Positions 58,701 to 64,000 of a stretch of DNA of 64,000 nucleotides are shown in pieces. Location of the stretch: positions 1 to 64,000 of the forward strand of contig NIVC01001408.1 in the NCBI GenBank assembly GCA_002269645.1. Direction: 5' to 3'. Each line of letters starts with the position of its first letter. Position 1 is the stretch's first letter. The stretch is from Macrostomum lignano. Lineage: Eukaryota. Both the position numbers and the translations under genes were made by a program. Under the pieces are notes generated by a model. The model searched no databases. It worked only from the letters and a program-made list of their open reading frames with translations, and was not told the DNA's origin.

Positions 58701-59871
58701 TTATCAGCCAGAGAGCCAGAGACAGAATAAGCAAGGAGACAACCAGAGGAGCCAGCATATGGACCAAGGGAGCAGGTGGAAACTAAAGGAAATCTTACCA
58801 ACAAGACAACCAACATATGCTTGTTTGAGAGCCCGCAACGTCTTGACACCAGCCTAACTACTGACATTTTCGGAACGGAAACTACTAACAGTAGTGTAAA
58901 AGCAAATTGCATTATAGACTAAACTACGCCCTACCATTCTGATGGGCAGAGCTTCTCGTGAGCCTCGTTTTTTGGAAGCCACCTTTCAGTGTTTATATCA
59001 ACCGCAAGAGCCCATAAAGTTGTGCAAGGAATCAGCGCTTTATCAATCTAATTATTGAATTGCTTAACAACACTACATTAAAACCCTGTTTTAATCCCAC
59101 AGTCTGCTCTGACTCTGTCTGACAAGATTTTTTTGTTGCTAACAGAATGTATTTATTAATATAATATTGCTTTAAATTTGTTTTTTTTTCACTACTTCTT
59201 AAAGTAGTAGTATACGGTTTTTTGAGTGGGTGCAACTTTGATTAAAGCACAAGAAATTGATTATAACATTGAAATTGTGCTTTCCTGTCATCTTATTCTT
59301 ATCCCTCTGCGCTCTTGACTGAGCAAATATCATTACTAAGTATTGAGCCAATACTCTTTCCGGCAATCTAATAGTTGATTAATAGGTGCTTGAACTGTAT
59401 TGTATTATATAGGCTAGTTTAATATAACACAGAATTGGCCAATTCAGTTGAAAAAAATTTTTTTTCTCCTAGTAATGCTTCTATTTCTTTCTGGGTGAAG
59501 GGTCTCGCTGACTTTTTCATTCGCTGTTGAAGCTGCATAAACAATAAGCTTACTATAAGTAGCTTGAACGCGTATTTTTCGTCTATATTTAAATATTTCC
59601 GTAGTTAATTTATTGCATTTTGTGTCTGAACTCTTTATTGTGCGCCCTTCTGTGACCCTTTCCTGACAACAACTATTTGACGTGCAAAAACTTCAGAAGC
59701 TTGAAAACTTCCTCCAGCTTGAACCGAATATTTTGTCAAAAAACATATAAGTAAACTGCAACCCGTGTCCAAAATGGATTAATAAAAATCTAGGCTGTTC
59801 CAAATTCTTTTTATTTCTGTCATTTTTTAGGTTTTGTAGGTTTTGTATCATTTTCTAAAATTGTGACTAAT

Positions 59872-61945
59872 TTTAGGTGTGAGGTTTGGTGACTTTTCTG
59901 AAGTGTGTGGTTTGATGCTTATCAGGTGTGAGGTTTGGTGATTATCAGGTGTGAGGTTTGGTGTGATTATCAGGTGTGAGGTTCGGTGATTATCAGGTGT
60001 GAGGTTTGGTGATTATCAGGTGTGGGGTTTGATGATGATCAGGTGTGAGGTTTGGTGATTATCAGGTGTGAGGTTTGGTGTGATTATCAGGTGTGAGGTT
60101 TGGTGTGATTATCAGGTGAGGTTCGGTGATTATCAGGTGTGAGGTTTGGTGTGATTATCAGGTGTGAGGTTTGGTGTGATTATCAGGTGTGAGGTTCGGT
60201 GATTATCAGGTGTGAGGTTTGGTGTGATTATCAGGTGTGAGGTTCGGTGATTATCAGGTGTGAGGTTTGGTGATTATCAGGTGTGAGGTTTGGTGATTAT
60301 CAGGTGTGAGGTTTGGTGATTATCAGGTGTGAGGTTTGGTGTGATTATCAGGTGTGAGGTTCGGTGATTATCAGGTGTGAGGTTTGGTGATTATCAGGTG
60401 TGAGGTTTGGTGTGATTATCAGGTGAGGTTCGGTGATTATCAGGTGTGAGGTTTGGTGTGATTATCAGGTGTGAGGTTTGGTGTGATTATCAGGTGTGAG
60501 GTTCGGTGATTATCAGGTGTGAGGTTTGGTGTGATTATCAGGTGTGAGGTTCGGTGATTATCAGGTGTGAGGTTTGGTGATTATCAGGTGTGAGGTTTGG
60601 TGATTATCAGGTGTGAGGTTTGGTGATTATCAGGTGTGAGGTTTGGTGTGATTATCAGGTGTGAGGTTCGGTGATTATCAGGTGTGAGGTTTGGTGATTA
60701 TCAGGTGTGAGGTTTGGTGATTATCAGGTGTGAGGTTTGATGCTTATCAGGTGTGAGGTTTGGTGTGATTATCAGGTGTGAGGTTTGGTGTGATTATCAG
60801 GTGTGAGGTTCGGTGATTATCAGGTGTGAAGTTTGGTGTGATTATCAGGTGTGAGGTTCGGTGATTATCAGGTGTGAGGTTTGGTGATTATCAGGTGTGA
60901 GGTTTGGTGATTATCAGTTGGGAGGTTTGGTGATTATCAGGTGGGAGGTTTGGTGATTATCAGGTGTGAGGTTTGGTGATTATTAGGTGTGAGGTTTCGT
61001 GATTATCAGGTGTGAGTTTTGACGATTATCAGGTGAGGTTTGATGCTTATCAGGTGTGAGGTTTGGTGATTATCAGGTGTGAGGTTTGGTGTGATTATCA
61101 GGTGTGAGGTTCGGTGATTATCAGGTGTGAGGTTTGGTGATTATCAGGTGTGAGGTTTGGTGATTATCAGGTGTGAGGTTTGGTGATTATTAGGTGTGAG
61201 GTTTCGTGATTATCAGGTGTGAGTTTTGACGATTATCAGGTGAGGTTTGATGCTTATCAGGTGTGAGGTTTGGTGATTATCAGGTGTGAGGTTTGGTGTG
61301 ATTATCAGGTGTGAGGTTCGGTGATTATCAGGTGTGAGGTTTGGTGATTATCAGGTGTGAGGTTTGGTGATTATCAGGTGTGAGGTTTGGTGATTATTAG
61401 GTGTGAGGTTTCGTGATTATCAGGTGTGAGTTTTGACGATTATCAGGTGAGGTTTGATGCTTATCAGGTGTGAGGTTTGGTGATTATCAGGTGTGAGGTT
61501 TGGTGTGATTATCAGGTGTGAGGTTCGGTGATTATCAGGTGTTAGGTTTGGTGATTATCAGGTGTGAGGTTTGGTGATTATCAGGTGTGAGGTTTGGTGA
61601 TTATCAGGTGTGAGGTTTGGTGATTATCAGGTGTGAGGTTTGGTGATTATCAGGTGTGAGGTTTGGTGACTATCAGGTGTGAGGTTTGGTGATTATCAGG
61701 TGTGAGGTTTGGTGACTATCAGGTGTGAGGTTTGGTGATTATCAGGTGTGAGGTTTGGTTATTATCAGGTGTGAGGTTTGGTGACTATTCTGAAGTGTGT
61801 GATTTGATGCTTATCAGGTGTGAGGTTTGGTGATTATCAGGTGTGAGGTTTGGTGATTATCAGGTGTGAGGTTTGGTGATTATCAGGTGTGGGGTTTGGT
61901 GATTATCAGGTGTGAGGTTTGGTTATTATCAGGTGTGAGGTTTGG
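59872..61945. repeat. 23/25-bp minisatellite GATTATCAGGTGTGAGGTTTGGT(GT) with higher-order repeats
   Basis: About 2.1-kb array sharing the TTATCAGGTGTG core with the 58.1-58.7 kb array. Confidence 0.97.
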
Positions 61946-62116
61946 GGACAGTTAGTTTAAGGACGTATTTAATTAAGTTTTTATGCGATAGCTTCGTAGG
62001 CTAGAATTTTCAGGATTATACTTTTATTGACAGGTAGATTAGTTAACTATTATCATGCATTCAGTTTCACGGTTAATGCATGTGTCGATGCATTTTGGCC
62101 TCGATTCGAGAATAAT

Positions 62117-62776
62117 ATGCTATATTCGATTGTAATAATACTCACCTGCTATATTGTTTTGGCAGGCAGTCAGTGCCAGTCGAACTACTATTTCAATGTA
62201 AACACCCAATCATGCGAAAGGTGTCCAACAGAATGTACATCTTCTACCATAGACCAATCAGCAATGACACCGTTTTGGCAGACAAAATGCGCCAAATTTC
62301 ACCTTGATGGCGACTGTTATCGACGACCAAACGCTGTCAAATCTACCGCGAGAACGCAATCTCTTACTGTGACTACAATATCGCCTGAAGCTACTGAATT
62401 ATCGGAAATAAATAAAGTAACAGTGGCTACTCTCTCTGTTACGGTTCCTCTGATTGGTATTTGTGTCATAGTTGCTGTTGTTTTAGTCTACAGATTTAGG
62501 TCGAAAGTGAAGTTAAATTGCCTCACGGAATTTCGTCAAAATGATGACATGGCACCAAGTGCGACGATCGATGCTAAAATGAATAACGCTTCAGTCGAGA
62601 CAAGCGAACTGCTACGTGATTCGGCACCAGCTGTAGAAGTCGAAGCGACACCTGCAGAGTATCCAGAGAAGCCAATTCCTCCTCGTTGTGATCCTCTCCT
62701 GCCCACTGCACCTTCTTCAACTACTTTGAGTAGTCAGCCTACAGTCACTTCTCCGCCTGTTGAGACTGTAACTTGA
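62117..62776 (+). CDS. Intronless type I membrane protein with a single TNFR-type (BCMA/TACI-like) cysteine-rich domain, 219 aa
   Basis: Signal MLYSIVIILTCYIVLAGS. CRD CQSNYYFNVNTQSCERCPTEC...C...C. Ser/Thr stalk. TM VTVATLSVTVPLIGICVIVAVVLVY followed by RFRSK. Pro-rich tail with PAEYPE and PVET. Confidence 0.7.
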   Translation: MLYSIVIILTCYIVLAGSQCQSNYYFNVNTQSCERCPTECTSSTIDQSAMTPFWQTKCAKFHLDGDCYRRPNAVKSTARTQSLTVTTISPEATELSEINKVTVATLSVTVPLIGICVIVAVVLVYRFRSKVKLNCLTEFRQNDDMAPSATIDAKMNNASVETSELLRDSAPAVEVEATPAEYPEKPIPPRCDPLLPTAPSSTTLSSQPTVTSPPVETVT

Positions 62777-63110
62777 GCAACTGAGGGACAACAAATCAAT
62801 GCGTTTGGTAATAGATCAGACTCTAAAGGATTTTGACAAGCAGCCAAGATAAGATTAAACAACATCTGATTCAAGGAAGCATCTATGCTCGCTTCGCTTC
62901 TGATTACTTTTCAGAGTTCAATAGATGCGATTTTTTTTTCCTTTACGAACGTAACCAATAATAAATCAATAATAACTAAACACGTCATCGCACGGATTGG
63001 TTTCTGTATAGTCACTCTAGTAAAGCTTTGGCCACTAGAAAGATATTTAATGAATAATTATTTACTTTTTTAGATAAAATCTGATTGAAAAGTAATTAAA
63101 ATTAGATCCA

Positions 63111-63275
63111 TCCGGGTTTGAGCCGAGTTAGGTGAGCCTGTCCGGAGTATAGGCAGGCCTTTCAAATATGATGTGCTCCACATTCTTAACACCTGGAAAG
63201 CAGAATGGATTTTCCTCACTGCGGATTATTCTCTGGAGGTATCAATGCCTGTCAAAATAGCCATCTCTTTGCCCC
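63111..63275 (-). mobile_element. Heavily decayed 3' fragment of the same Loa/R1-group LINE family as 29628-30214
   Basis: Clear nucleotide similarity to 29850-30005. Translates to YFDRH*YLQRIIRSEENPFCFPGVKNVEHIIFERP..DRLT*LGSNPD. Confidence 0.75.
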
Positions 63276-64000
63276 AGACTCGCTGATTGCACAGCCTCAT
63301 TAAGCACAGTAGCTGATGACAGCAACTCGACGTCACACACAGCCGAGGCAGCTGCCAAACTGTGTAGAAATTTTGGAAAGAAAAATGTTCCAGCGCTATT
63401 CCATTCTGCCCGAGTTGAATCCCCATTATATACAGACGTGGCTTTGCTTGTGACTATTCAGTTTGTAAATAACATATGTACTGTATAAATATGTTGAATA
63501 AATAACACTTTTATATTATAATAATTATAATTATTACGTTTTGTTGTTTTTTATGTACAATATAAATTTTTTTAAAATAAATTCAAATATCTCTCTTTAA
63601 AGTTTCTTTAGTGTTTTGTTACAAATATGATACAAATACAGTTGTGTTCATTAGAACCTGCTGGACTATGCTTTTTTAATGGGATACCTTCACAACGTCA
63701 AAATCTCTAACAAAGGAGTTCACAACGGTCGAAATTCACAAACTTGTTATAAAAAGGCAAAAAGCTAACTTATTATAGCTTTCAAAATATCTGCAGAGTA
63801 CTATATATTGGATTAAGTTCATTGTAACCTAGTTTACTCTGTCCCTCCCTCTGTCTAATTTCAGATCCAGACAATTGAAGATAATTTAAACGGAAATTGA
63901 AAAAAACAGCGGTATTTGAAGCAAACTTAAAACACGAGACCAAAACAATGGCGGCTACGGACGCCTCTCTATTCTTGGCGTTAGGTATTATAATTAGCTA

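Noticed and set aside
57900-59750. Possible small minus-strand exons between the satellites (e.g. LQQRMKKSARPFTQKEIEALLGEKK, AGVKTLRALKQAYVGCLV followed by GTAAGA)
   Set aside because: They could not be assembled into a phase-consistent gene or matched to a family; RNA-seq is needed.
63837-64000. Possible first coding exon (ATG near 63948, MAATDASLFL)
   Set aside because: Too short and cut by the window edge to support a call.

Overview
Eukaryotic (animal) genomic DNA with spliceosomal GT-AG introns, GC-rich exons and introns packed with micro- and minisatellites. The style suggests a free-living flatworm such as Macrostomum; this is inference and cannot be proven here. From left to right: (1) 1-5550 holds one end of an endogenous Polinton/Maverick (adintovirus-like) element with all genes on the minus strand: tandem-PC4 protein, integrase-chromodomain, minor capsid, basic core protein, major capsid, adenain protease and packaging ATPase (runs off the window; polB not in window), plus a candidate AGTAGT terminus. 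(2) A 15/17-bp minisatellite is split by a 4.1-kb Loa/R1-group non-LTR retrotransposon (APE-RT-RNase H) with a TSD and a TAATG stop-start. (3) Host genes: a RING/B-box TRIM with a TQT-motif-rich tail, CCDC181-like, a secreted PAN plus ALK/LTK-type Gly-rich protein, a compact Lunapark-like gene, an 11-exon DCAF1/VprBP carrying a nested antisense ORF, and an intronless BCMA/TACI-like TNF receptor. (4) Decayed mariner, hAT-type MITEs, RTE-type LINE fragments and a Helitron-like end. Several frameshifts are single-C losses in C-runs, including one in DCAF1, so some apparent pseudogenisation is probably assembly error.
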